From IMG/VR virus record IMGVR_UViG_3300049174_000047, positions 7,731 to 71,730 of that record: a stretch of DNA of 64,000 bases. One strand, 5' to 3'. The notes beneath the pieces were generated by a model, which searched no databases, was not told the DNA's origin, and saw nothing but the letters and a program-made list of their open reading frames with translations. The position numbers and the translations under genes are program-made. This stretch comes from a virus. Its lineage: Duplodnaviria > Caudoviricetes. Positions 1 through 8,216 of the stretch are shown in pieces. The stretch's first letter is position 1. The number at the start of each line of letters is the position of its first letter.

Positions 1-289
1 TGGCCGCGGCGCACGGCACGTAGCCCTGCCGGGCCGCCCAGTCCTCGAAGTAGCGGTCGGAGTCCAGCATGGCGTCCCGCGCCCGCTCCCGGAAGAACGC
101 CAGCACCGAGTCGGGGTGGGGCTCGCCCCACTCGCCCAGGCTGGCCAGGGTGAGCCGGTAGGGCAGCTGCTCCTCCCAGTGGTCACCGACCCAGGTCAAC
201 GGCGGGTTGCGCCAGCCGTGCTTGGCCGGGCGGCCGGGGTAGACGCTGTCGAACGGCTCGCGTTCGCGCTGATCAAAGGTAGTGGTCAT
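1..289 (-). CDS. Hypothetical protein, truncated by the window start
   Basis: ATG at 289 (MTTTFDQREREPFDSVYPGRP...) preceded by ACCAGGAAGGGATCGAG; the frame stays open to the window edge. Confidence 0.7.
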   Translation of the reverse strand, partial: MTTTFDQREREPFDSVYPGRPAKHGWRNPPLTWVGDHWEEQLPYRLTLASLGEWGEPHPDSVLAFFRERARDAMLDSDRYFEDWAARQGYVPCAAA

Positions 290-416
290 CTCGATCCCTT
301 CCTGGTTATTTCAATCTGGATGATGGTTGGTCCTGGTTGGTTGGCCAGGATGCTGGGCAGCGCTATCATGGCCGCCCCGACGAGCGCGAGGACCCCCGCG
401 CCCGCCAGTATCGGCA

Positions 417-1220
417 TCACTTCTTCTTGCCCTTCTTGCCCTTCTTGGCCACGCTGGCCTTGAGGAGCGCGAGCAGGTCGCTCACGTCCTCGGTCACCTC
501 GACCTCGCCGGGAGTGGCGACGTACTCGGTGTCATTCGCCTTGGACTGGATGAGGTCATCCAGCCGCTGGGTGTAGCCGTCGGCGAAGTCGCTGATGTTG
601 AACTCGCCCATCATCGAATCGACCAGCGCGTGGGCCATCTTGACCTCTTCGGGGTCCAGCGCCACGTTGATCGGGATGTTCAGCTCGTCGGTGGAGCGCA
701 CTTCGTCGGCCCAGCGCATGGTGTGGATCACCAGCGAATCGCCGATCACCCGCAACGCGCCCAGGTGGACCTTGGTGCGGTAGGCGAACTGCACGATGCC
801 GATCCGATTGGACTCGGTCAGCGTCCGGTGCAGCAGGGCGTAGCCCTTGGCACCGCCCTTCTTGGGCTCCAAGAAGTAGGTGTCCTCGAACAGGATCGGG
901 TCAACCTCGCCCGCCTGGACGAACTGCAGCACCTCGATGCCGTTGTCCACCTCGTCCTCCAACGACTTCTTCTCGTCGTTGGACACGGTGACGAGCTTGC
1001 CGTCAACCTCGATGCCGTCGATGACATCCTGATACTTGACGACCAGCGGGTTGCCTTCGCTGTCGGTCTGGCCCTCGGCGATGAGCTGCTGCCGGATCGG
1101 ACTCAGGGTGGCCGCGTGGTAGCGGTGGAAGTGGATGTCGTGGTCATCGGTGGCCTTGTACATCCCGACGGGCACGTTGACGAGCCCGAAGTAGACAGAC
1201 GTGTTCTTGATCGACTTCAT
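417..1220 (-). CDS. ku: Ku (NHEJ DNA end-binding) protein
   Basis: Bacterial Ku signature: FGLVNVPVGMYKAT, F...H.....PIRQQ, EVDPILFEDTYFLEP, GYALL..TL, R...ALR.....LVIHTMRWADEVR, A..LVDSM, F..SDF.DGY..RL..LI..K, DL.ALLKASV, basic C-terminal tail. Confidence 0.95.
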   Translation of the reverse strand: MKSIKNTSVYFGLVNVPVGMYKATDDHDIHFHRYHAATLSPIRQQLIAEGQTDSEGNPLVVKYQDVIDGIEVDGKLVTVSNDEKKSLEDEVDNGIEVLQFVQAGEVDPILFEDTYFLEPKKGGAKGYALLHRTLTESNRIGIVQFAYRTKVHLGALRVIGDSLVIHTMRWADEVRSTDELNIPINVALDPEEVKMAHALVDSMMGEFNISDFADGYTQRLDDLIQSKANDTEYVATPGEVEVTEDVSDLLALLKASVAKKGKKGKKK

Positions 1221-1221
1221 A

Positions 1222-1241
1222 GTGGTCCTCGATTCCTGGTG
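1222..1241 (-). promoter_or_regulatory. 20-nt translation leader/RBS CACCAGGAATCGAGGACCAC, copy 1 (upstream of ku)
   Basis: Identical to 3783-3802, in the opposite orientation; both lie 1 nt before an ATG. Confidence 0.75.
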
Positions 1242-1260
1242 GTCCTACGTGGGGTTCAAC

Positions 1261-1275
1261 CCCTATGGCGTTTGT
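1261..1275. promoter_or_regulatory. CCTATRGCGTTTGT motif, copy 1
   Basis: CCCTATGGCGTTTGT; recurs at 2202, 3754 and 6094, all intergenic. Confidence 0.6.
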
Positions 1276-1305
1276 AATATTCCCCAGCCCGGCTGGCTTG
1301 GAGAC

Positions 1306-2130
1306 TCAGTTGTTGAGTCCCCAGAAGTCCAGCAGGTCCTCGGCCTTCTCAGCCTTCTTGGGAGCCGCGGCCACGGCCGCGGGCTCCTCGGTGATGGTCT
1401 GGCCGAGAAGGCCCTCGCCGTCGCCCACCGCCACGGCCTTGGGGGCCTTGAGCATGGTGGTCTCCGAGCCCTTGTAGGTGTCGTGGCTGCGCACCTCACC
1501 CTCGATGGTGATGTGCTGGCCCTGGCTCAGGCCCCAGAAGGACTTGGCGTTGGAGAAGGCCTTGATCTCCTGGCCGCCCGCGGTGCGGACGACGATCAGG
1601 TTGGTCTCGCCGAACTTGGACGGGATCTTCTTGAACACGACCAGCTCACCGGAAACCGAGATCTTCTCGCCCACCTCGCCGACGAAGCCCTCTGCGGGTG
1701 CGGGAGCGCCGATGGCGGGACGCTCGAACAGGAAGTCGAGGATGCGCCCGGCGTGACGGCCGGTCAGGCCCTCATCGAGGAATGCCTGGACCGCAGTCGC
1801 GTCAACATCGTCCACGGCCTTCTCGATGAGCAGCTTCTGAACCCATTCCAGCTGCTTGGGCGATGCCATCTTGCCCGGCTCCTGGGGGCCCAGGACAGAC
1901 GGGGGAATGATCACGCTCTTGGCTGCGAGCAGGTTGTCGATGAGCACGCGGGCGTTCTGACCACTCAGCTCGTCTTGCCCGAAGGCGTCGATGAGGCTCT
2001 GGGTGTAATCGTCAGTGACGACCTTCTCCGCGACCAGTTTGTCGAGCAGGTTGGTCTGGCCCTCCGAGGGGCCGCGGTCGGTGACGAGCTTGCCGTACTG
2101 GTTGCGGTAGGTGCCGTAATTCTTAGCCAT
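1306..2130 (-). CDS. Hypothetical protein with probable C-terminal OB-fold (nucleic-acid binding)
   Basis: RBS ACCAGGAGG; two S/A-x-x-Q helical repeats (PSEGQTNLLDKL, ASPKQLEWVQKLL); FVGEVGEK...FG...L....G...F......G..I.IEG.V..H..YKG...T.L beta pattern. Confidence 0.6.
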   Translation of the reverse strand: MAKNYGTYRNQYGKLVTDRGPSEGQTNLLDKLVAEKVVTDDYTQSLIDAFGQDELSGQNARVLIDNLLAAKSVIIPPSVLGPQEPGKMASPKQLEWVQKLLIEKAVDDVDATAVQAFLDEGLTGRHAGRILDFLFERPAIGAPAPAEGFVGEVGEKISVSGELVVFKKIPSKFGETNLIVVRTAGGQEIKAFSNAKSFWGLSQGQHITIEGEVRSHDTYKGSETTMLKAPKAVAVGDGEGLLGQTITEEPAAVAAAPKKAEKAEDLLDFWGLNN

Positions 2131-2201
2131 GGTGGTCCTCCTGGTTGTGATGGCGTCTTACACGTCGTATAACCGACGAGCTGACCAGAATGTTCCCGAA
2201 A

Positions 2202-2215
2202 CCTATAGCGTTTGT
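2202..2215. promoter_or_regulatory. CCTATRGCGTTTGT motif, copy 2 (divergent intergenic region)
   Basis: CCTATAGCGTTTGT followed by AATATT, as at 1261; an inverted half-site TATAGGG lies at about 2243-2249. Confidence 0.6.
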
Positions 2216-2276
2216 GAAATATTTTCCGGGCCTGCGCTGTTATATAGGGCACATGCACAACGAAGGGAGACCGAAT

Positions 2277-3353
2277 ATGAGCAATAACGCCTGGTCAAAC
2301 ATGGTCCGTGGTGTCGCCCTCGGTGACGCCTGGGGCGATCCCGTCGAGTTCGCCTCGATCAAGACCATCACCGCAACGGACCCCAAGGGCCCGGATATTC
2401 CCCTGGAACTGCGGATCACCGACGACACCCAGATGACCCTCTACTTAGGCAGCGCCCTGGACGAGACCTGGGACGAGCCGGTGAGCAAGGTCCAGTGGGG
2501 CATCATCCAGGCCTTCTTGGAGTACTACGACGACCCGGACAACAACCGGGCCCCCGGCATCACCGTGATGGGCAGCCTGGGGCGGCTGAAGAACGCCGTG
2601 CACTGGCAGGATGCCACCAGCTCGACCTCCGATGGTTCGGGCACCGTGATGCGGACCAGTCCGTGTGCGCTTCTTCCCGAGGACCGCTGGGTGGGCGCGA
2701 CTGCGTTCGCAGCTGCTCTGACCCACGGCTCCCCCACCGGGATCGCCGCGGCCATCCTCAACGTCAAGATCCTTCGGGACATCCTGACGGGCAAGGTCGG
2801 CCCCGGTGGTCTGCTCTGGCATGCGCTAGAGCTGTGCTCGGCGGCCGAGGAGTACGGGCTGACCGATACCGGCGAGTGGCTGGACGGCTACCAGGTCAAT
2901 CTGGTCGAGGGTTTCGACTTCATCTACTCCCTGGTGGAGAAGGCGTTGTCGGCGCTACCCGAGCTGCGGGGCGATCCATGGGCGCTGACCTCCGACCCGT
3001 CGCTGGCGGTCCCGGAGGCCGGTGGCAAGGGTGGTGGCTGGCGTGCACCGTTCACTCTGGTGATCGCGCTGCTGACGGCCGACATGCTGCCGGGCGAGCC
3101 GATGGAGGCGCTGCGGCGCTCCGTGGCCACCGACGGCGACTCCGACACCATCGGTGCGGTGACGGGTGCGCTGCTGGGTGCTCTGTACCCCGGCGTGTTC
3201 ACCTTTGCCTGGGAGCACGGGCTGGCCGAGGCCTTCGAGCCGCGGTACATCGCCTGGATCGAGAACGAGGCCGACGACTATCCGTTCGAGGACCTCGCCC
3301 CGGTCAAGCAGCCCAAGCAGCGCTGGCTCAGGAAGCTGTTGAGGCTGATCTGA
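2277..3353 (+). CDS. ADP-ribosylglycohydrolase (DraG/ARH family)
   Basis: GDAWG, TDDTQMT, DGSG..MR.SP, LTH and GDSDTIGAVTGALLGA motifs; RBS GAAGGGAG before ATG 2277. Confidence 0.9.
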   Translation: MSNNAWSNMVRGVALGDAWGDPVEFASIKTITATDPKGPDIPLELRITDDTQMTLYLGSALDETWDEPVSKVQWGIIQAFLEYYDDPDNNRAPGITVMGSLGRLKNAVHWQDATSSTSDGSGTVMRTSPCALLPEDRWVGATAFAAALTHGSPTGIAAAILNVKILRDILTGKVGPGGLLWHALELCSAAEEYGLTDTGEWLDGYQVNLVEGFDFIYSLVEKALSALPELRGDPWALTSDPSLAVPEAGGKGGGWRAPFTLVIALLTADMLPGEPMEALRRSVATDGDSDTIGAVTGALLGALYPGVFTFAWEHGLAEAFEPRYIAWIENEADDYPFEDLAPVKQPKQRWLRKLLRLI

Positions 3354-3748
3354 TGGCCGACCTCGTCAAGATGACCGACGAGCTGGCGGGCGACATCGCC
3401 CGCCGGTTCGGGGTCACTCCCGAGTACGTCTGGGAGCAGTACCGGGCGGCCCAGGAGGCGGGCCCGGAGGCTGCGCTGGCCGACATGGATCGCTACATGG
3501 GTGACGTGGAGGAGGAGATCGAGGGGGTGCTTGAAGTGGCCACCGACCATCTCGCCACCGAGCCCCGCAACCGCGGCATGGCCAACTTCTACCAGGAGGT
3601 CATGGACGCGCTGGACGACCCCGAGCGGATGCCCGACACCACCGATCTGCTGATGAAGTTGTCGGTGGCCTTGTACAAACTGGCAGAAGCACAGCAGCGC
3701 ATCGCCGAGCTGAGCGACGGCCAACACCGAACCAGGAGGGAGCCATGA
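3353..3748 (+). CDS. Hypothetical helical protein (131 aa)
   Basis: TGATG coupling to the upstream gene; GC3-rich codons (MADLVKMTDELAGDIARRFG...). Confidence 0.75.
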   Translation: MADLVKMTDELAGDIARRFGVTPEYVWEQYRAAQEAGPEAALADMDRYMGDVEEEIEGVLEVATDHLATEPRNRGMANFYQEVMDALDDPERMPDTTDLLMKLSVALYKLAEAQQRIAELSDGQHRTRREP

Positions 3749-3753
3749 CCTAG

Positions 3754-3762
3754 CCCTATGGC
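3754..3762. promoter_or_regulatory. CCTATRGC motif, copy 3
   Basis: CCCTATGGC, 10 nt upstream of a -10-like TACACT (3773-3778). Confidence 0.5.
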
Positions 3763-3782
3763 AAAAGTAATGTACACTTTCG

Positions 3783-3802
3783 CACCAGGAATCGAGGACC
3801 AC
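3783..3802 (+). promoter_or_regulatory. 20-nt translation leader/RBS CACCAGGAATCGAGGACCAC, copy 2
   Basis: Exact match to the reverse complement of 1222-1241. Confidence 0.75.
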
Positions 3803-3803
3803 C

Positions 3804-4976
3804 ATGTTCAGTGCCAATAACGCCATCACCTCGGCCCGCCGGATCTTGGAGTCGATCCAGACCGAGGCCGAGTTCTATCGCGCCCTGCAGGACGACGACC
3901 CCCGCGCCAAGCTCGTAGCTCTCAACGCCTTCAACAAGCAGAACATGGCTCGCTGTCAGCTGATGGCGGTGCAGTGGCGTCGGATCGGCCGCAAGACCCT
4001 GGCCATGCACCCCGAGATAGTCGAGGAGGTCAAGGTCGCGTCCTCGGCTCCCATCCCGACCGACCATCTGGCCACGCTGCCTTTCCTCAATCCCATGGTG
4101 GTGTTCGCCGACCCTCCGGTGTTCAAGACCTGGATGGCCGGGGACCAGGTGCACCCCGTCACCGGCAAGCATGAGACTCACATGCGCCTCTTGGGCTTCT
4201 TGACGTGTGGCATCGGCGACGGCATCACCACCCAGAATCCCGACGGCCGGGTGCGTGTCGAGCAGCGCATCTACCCCACCAATGACACCGCGGCCGACCG
4301 CTTCGGGATGATGGTGGTGCTCGAAGCCCTGGACGAGAACGGCAAGGGCGTGGGCATCGAGTTCAACACCCTGACGCTGCGCTACGGGGCCGAGCTGACT
4401 TTCGCCCAGACCGTCGATGATGTGATGAGCCGGTTTCACTGGGACGACAACTCCAACGGCCAGGCCGCCCGCAACAAGCGCTGGATGCGCGAGCTGCTCT
4501 CGGTCTGCGTGGGCTCTCTCTTCTACTTGTGCAGCACCACCTGCGAGGCCGAGCCCGTACCCGCCCGTTCGGTGGCCAAGCATATTCCTAAGAAGGTGCT
4601 GCGCCAGCCCATGAGCATGTACCGCATCGGCTGGACCACCGGGGCGGCGATCTCTCGTATCCGACAGGAGCGCAAGAGCGCCTGGAAGGAGTCCGAGCAG
4701 TCGGACATCGGCCATGAGCAGGACCCCCAGCACCGCCGGGCGCACTTCAAGATGCAGTGGTACGGGCCCCGCGACGGGGTCCGGTGTGAGAACCCCCGCA
4801 ACCACTGCGAGTGCGGTGGTCAGCACCGGGAGATGATCTTCGTGTCGGCCTACTGGACGCACATCGAGCGCCTGGGCGAAGCCGGGATGAACATGGCCCA
4901 CATCGTGCCCACGCTGGGCAAGGGTGAGCCCCGTCGGTCGCTGGAAGCGACCCTGAACATGAAGGTGGAACGCTGA
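3804..4976 (+). CDS. Hypothetical protein (390 aa)
   Basis: Good RBS and codon bias; C-terminal HRRAHFKMQWYGP...IFVSAYWT motif with a C-x7-C-x-C loop. Confidence 0.8.
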   Translation: MFSANNAITSARRILESIQTEAEFYRALQDDDPRAKLVALNAFNKQNMARCQLMAVQWRRIGRKTLAMHPEIVEEVKVASSAPIPTDHLATLPFLNPMVVFADPPVFKTWMAGDQVHPVTGKHETHMRLLGFLTCGIGDGITTQNPDGRVRVEQRIYPTNDTAADRFGMMVVLEALDENGKGVGIEFNTLTLRYGAELTFAQTVDDVMSRFHWDDNSNGQAARNKRWMRELLSVCVGSLFYLCSTTCEAEPVPARSVAKHIPKKVLRQPMSMYRIGWTTGAAISRIRQERKSAWKESEQSDIGHEQDPQHRRAHFKMQWYGPRDGVRCENPRNHCECGGQHREMIFVSAYWTHIERLGEAGMNMAHIVPTLGKGEPRRSLEATLNMKVER

Positions 4977-5638
4977 TGATGCAACATCCGGTCAAGGAGT
5001 ACTTGGCGATCCCTGCGATGGAGGAGGAGTCGGCCAACGGCTCCCCCCTCCCCACCATGACGTGGAAGCCGGTGGTGCACCAGCTGGTGCCCGAGGGCGT
5101 CTACGAGGTGAGCGATAACGGGATCGTGGCCAACAAGGTCACCGGCAAGCTGCTCAAGAACCGCCCGGCCGGGGCCGGGGGCAACCTGGTGGTCAGCCTC
5201 AAAGGTCTCAACGAGTCCGGGGTGACCTCGATGCGGGTGGACAAGATGGTGTTGATGGCCTTCAGGGGCGAGTCGGGGGTGCAGGGCTTCGTGCCCATCC
5301 ACGCCGACGGCGACACCAACAACTGTCACCTGATCAACCTGAGCTGGGGTCCACCGCCGGAAGGTGAGCGGGCACCGGCCGGGTCGGCCCGTCCCAAGAA
5401 GAAGCGCACCAAGAAGCGGGCCCCGGCCCCCGCCGGGGGCCCGCAGGTCGAGGCCGAGGTCTCGGTGGACCGGCGCTACCGCTTCCGCGGCGTCGTGCTC
5501 GAAGTGCACCAGGACGGCTCGGTGGATCTGACCATCCCCGGCAGCAGCCGCACCGTCAGGATGGCACCGACGACGTTCGCCGCCCTGGCGCGGGTGGTGG
5601 CTCGCGCCGACGAGATGAACAAGTTGGTGGGGCCATGA
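4976..5638 (+). CDS. NUMOD4/HNH-like protein, probably degenerate
   Basis: WKPV....YEVSDNG.V (NUMOD4-like) and IHADGDTNNCHLINLSW (HNH-like); the usual RVHRLV..AF reads RVDKMVLMAF. Confidence 0.6.
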   Translation: MMQHPVKEYLAIPAMEEESANGSPLPTMTWKPVVHQLVPEGVYEVSDNGIVANKVTGKLLKNRPAGAGGNLVVSLKGLNESGVTSMRVDKMVLMAFRGESGVQGFVPIHADGDTNNCHLINLSWGPPPEGERAPAGSARPKKKRTKKRAPAPAGGPQVEAEVSVDRRYRFRGVVLEVHQDGSVDLTIPGSSRTVRMAPTTFAALARVVARADEMNKLVGP

Positions 5639-6069
5639 CCAATGAGCGACTGGACCGCATCGCGCTGATGCCGTGGGTGGTGCGGCTGCCCAAGAAGGGC
5701 ACCGTGGTCAGAGACATGTACGGCGAGGCGCGTCAGGTCACCGTGCACGCCTGCGAGGAGTTCTGCTACGGCCGGATGCCGCTGTACGCGGGCTATGTCA
5801 TGAGCGTGCGCGAGGAGCGCATCAAGCGGGCCCTGGACGCGGGGGAGCCGATCTCCGAGGAGGACCAGCAGTACTGGGACGCCTGCCGGGAGAAGTCGGC
5901 CAAGGCCCGCGAGAAGGGCCGCTGCAGGCTCAATGCCGGGTGGCTCTATGTCGATGTCTACGGTGACGTGCACTACCTGTGCACCCACCACCTCGACAGC
6001 TACCTGGCCGACCGGGACTACACCCGTGCTCACGCCTGGTGGTCTCAACTTGTCGGTACCCCCAGTTAG
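5635..6069 (+). CDS. Hypothetical protein (144 aa, Cys/His-containing)
   Basis: ATGA overlap with the upstream gene; GC3-biased codons. Confidence 0.7.
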   Translation: MTNERLDRIALMPWVVRLPKKGTVVRDMYGEARQVTVHACEEFCYGRMPLYAGYVMSVREERIKRALDAGEPISEEDQQYWDACREKSAKAREKGRCRLNAGWLYVDVYGDVHYLCTHHLDSYLADRDYTRAHAWWSQLVGTPS

Positions 6070-6093
6070 TCTGGGGTCGGAATAAATCGGGAA

Positions 6094-6124
6094 CCCTATA
6101 GCGTTATTCAAGCGATGCTATAGT
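6094..6124 (+). promoter_or_regulatory. Putative host-sigma promoter with CCTATAGCGTT motif (copy 4) at the -35 position
   Basis: CCCTATAGCGTT at 6094-6105; extended -10 TG-C-TATAGT at 6116-6124; RBS ACCAGGAGG. Confidence 0.6.
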
Positions 6125-6149
6125 CAAACCCACAACCAGGAGGTACATC

Positions 6150-7382
6150 ATGACTGCAGCTGCAACTCTCATCCCCACCACCCGCGCTCTGCCGACCCGG
6201 TTTGGTCGTGCCGTCGAGTTCCCGGCGATGGTGGACATCCTGCGCACGCAGGACTGGCACAAGCTCGACATCGTCGTGCCGCTCTCCAACGTCGTGTTCC
6301 ATCAGGGCCTGCTCATCGTGGCCGGGGTGGACCCAGTCCTCTGCGAGGACGGCGTCGTGGAGGTGTCGGGGGCCTATCGGCTCACCGATCACGCTCTGCA
6401 ACAGCTCGCCTCGCTCAAAGAGGTGGACATCCCCATCCGGTATCTGCGCCGGATGCGCGACGGCGATGCCGGTGACGTGGGCCTGTTCGACACCACGGTC
6501 AATCACTGGACCGCCAAGGGCGAGCGCAAGGTGCTCCTGCGCCTGATCTGGGGCGAGGACCCCAAGTTCCCCGGCACTATCGGCATCTGCCGTGCAGTGC
6601 TCTCCGACCGCTACGGCATTCGGGACAACTACGACACGGTGCTGGCCATCCTGGCGGGCATGAAGGCCGCGGGTCTGGACCCGGCGTCGGTCAACATGCG
6701 TCCGGGTGACCTCTCCGACGACCGGCTCTACCTGCGGGTGGAGGCCCCCGGCCTGTCGGTGATCGCCGACAAGTTCCTTGAGAACTACGTCGGTCCCTAC
6801 GCCAACCGCCACGGCGGCGAGCTGGGCATGCACCCCAAGGTGGTGTGGGCCGGGTTCCTGGCGCAGAACTCCGAGGTCGGCCGCGGCAAGACCAAGATCA
6901 CCCCGGAGATCCGCATCGGCATCTGCGACAACGGGGCCCAGATCACCTACGACGCGGTGGAGAAGGTGCACGTCGGCGGTCAGCTGGACGAGGGCCAGAT
7001 CGTGTGGTCACACCAGACCCGCGAGGCGGCCAACGCCCTGACCCAGTCGATGGTCAAGGACGCCGTCGAGCGGTTCCTGAGCGTCGAGTACGTGCAGGCC
7101 ACCATCGACAAGCTGGAAGAGAAGTCTGGCACCACGGTGTCCGACATCCCCAAGACGGTGGAGGTGGTTGCCAAGCAGCTGTCCTACACCGACGTGGAGG
7201 CGAAGGGTCTGCTGGACCACTTCATCCGCGGTGGGCAGCACACCTCGGGCGGCATCTTCCAGGCCGTCACCAGTTGGGCCCAGGAGATCCAAGACCCGGA
7301 TCGGTCCAACGAGTTCGCTGCGACCGGCCTACAGGCGATGGACATCGCCCATGAGGCCAACTTCATGAAGGTCCCGGCCTGA
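6150..7382 (+). CDS. DUF932-like phage protein
   Basis: AVLSDRY...DN, NSEVGRG, ICDNG and ..H.G motifs recalled for the DUF932 family. Confidence 0.7.
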   Translation: MTAAATLIPTTRALPTRFGRAVEFPAMVDILRTQDWHKLDIVVPLSNVVFHQGLLIVAGVDPVLCEDGVVEVSGAYRLTDHALQQLASLKEVDIPIRYLRRMRDGDAGDVGLFDTTVNHWTAKGERKVLLRLIWGEDPKFPGTIGICRAVLSDRYGIRDNYDTVLAILAGMKAAGLDPASVNMRPGDLSDDRLYLRVEAPGLSVIADKFLENYVGPYANRHGGELGMHPKVVWAGFLAQNSEVGRGKTKITPEIRIGICDNGAQITYDAVEKVHVGGQLDEGQIVWSHQTREAANALTQSMVKDAVERFLSVEYVQATIDKLEEKSGTTVSDIPKTVEVVAKQLSYTDVEAKGLLDHFIRGGQHTSGGIFQAVTSWAQEIQDPDRSNEFAATGLQAMDIAHEANFMKVPA

Positions 7383-7455
7383 TCGGTCGGGTGTCCGCAA
7401 GCCGGATGGCCGCGGGGAGCGTTGAGGAAGGCGTTCCCTTCGGGCATCCTCTTGG

Positions 7456-7501
7456 GGGAGGTCGGTGTGGTGAGTGGTCCTCCCACCCGGCCTCCCTCTT
7501 T
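7456..7501 (+). terminator. Putative intrinsic terminator hairpin
   Basis: GGGAGGTCGG (7456-7465) pairs with CCGGCCTCCC (7487-7496), followed by TCTTT. Confidence 0.55.
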
Positions 7502-7518
7502 CATGTGAAAGGGATCTG

Positions 7519-7839
7519 ATGGCCAGAAAGGCCAAGGCCAAGCTCGATGTCGAGAAGTATGCGTTCGCCGACTGCCGCGACATGCGACATCACTGGGAGC
7601 CCTACGACGCCGTCATGGACGACACCGCCAAGCTGGTCTACCGGGTGCTCAAGTGCGCCCACTGCGAGACCAAGCGGCATAGTGTCATCTCGGCCAAGAA
7701 GGGCCCCATGTACGGCCGCACGTTGTCCAATTCCTACACCTATGCCAAGGGCTATCAGGTCCCTGGCGGCATGGGGGCCGACAACATGGCCCTGATCAGG
7801 ATGAACAACGTGCTCAACGAGGTCTCCCGCCATACCTGA
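7519..7839 (+). CDS. Small zinc-binding hypothetical protein
   Basis: RBS AAAGGGA; C...HHW and CAHC motifs. Confidence 0.7.
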   Translation: MARKAKAKLDVEKYAFADCRDMRHHWEPYDAVMDDTAKLVYRVLKCAHCETKRHSVISAKKGPMYGRTLSNSYTYAKGYQVPGGMGADNMALIRMNNVLNEVSRHT

Positions 7840-7875
7840 CCTGCAAACTCGCCGACTTCCCACCGTAAAAAGTGA
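7840..7875 (+). promoter_or_regulatory. Putative phage late promoter
   Basis: CCTGCA-N20-TAAAAAGTGA. Confidence 0.5.
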
Positions 7876-7895
7876 GGAGATCGGAGGTGGTCTCG

Positions 7896-8171
7896 ATGGC
7901 CAAGATGATCCTCTACGGCGGCGAGAAGGACGGGTACGGACAGGACGGCGAGCTGAAACTCTCGGCCCGCGACCGCCCCGACGTGTTCTACGCGGTGCCC
8001 AATGCCGACGACGAGCGCATCAGAACCACCAGGGGTAACGACGCCAAGCGCGAGCTGCGCGACCGTCTTGCCGTGCTCGCCTATGAGTACGACCCCACCG
8101 ACCAAGCCGAGCACCCCGACGTGTTCGTGATGCGCCGCAACCCCTCACTGGACAAGGTGCGTCAGCCCTAG
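7896..8171 (+). CDS. Hypothetical protein (91 aa)
   Basis: RBS GGAGGT; GC3 bias. Confidence 0.7.
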   Translation: MAKMILYGGEKDGYGQDGELKLSARDRPDVFYAVPNADDERIRTTRGNDAKRELRDRLAVLAYEYDPTDQAEHPDVFVMRRNPSLDKVRQP

Positions 8172-8207
8172 CTGTAGTTTCCCCGACGAGCGACCCCTAA
8201 TTACTAG
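8172..8207 (+). promoter_or_regulatory. Putative phage late promoter
   Basis: CTGTA-N21-TAATTACTAG, directly followed by RBS GGAGG. Confidence 0.5.
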
Positions 8208-8216
8208 GAGGTCGCC

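Noticed and set aside
327-1277. 316-aa plus-strand ORF over ku
   Set aside because: Antisense shadow of a GC3-biased gene; no RBS or recognisable motif
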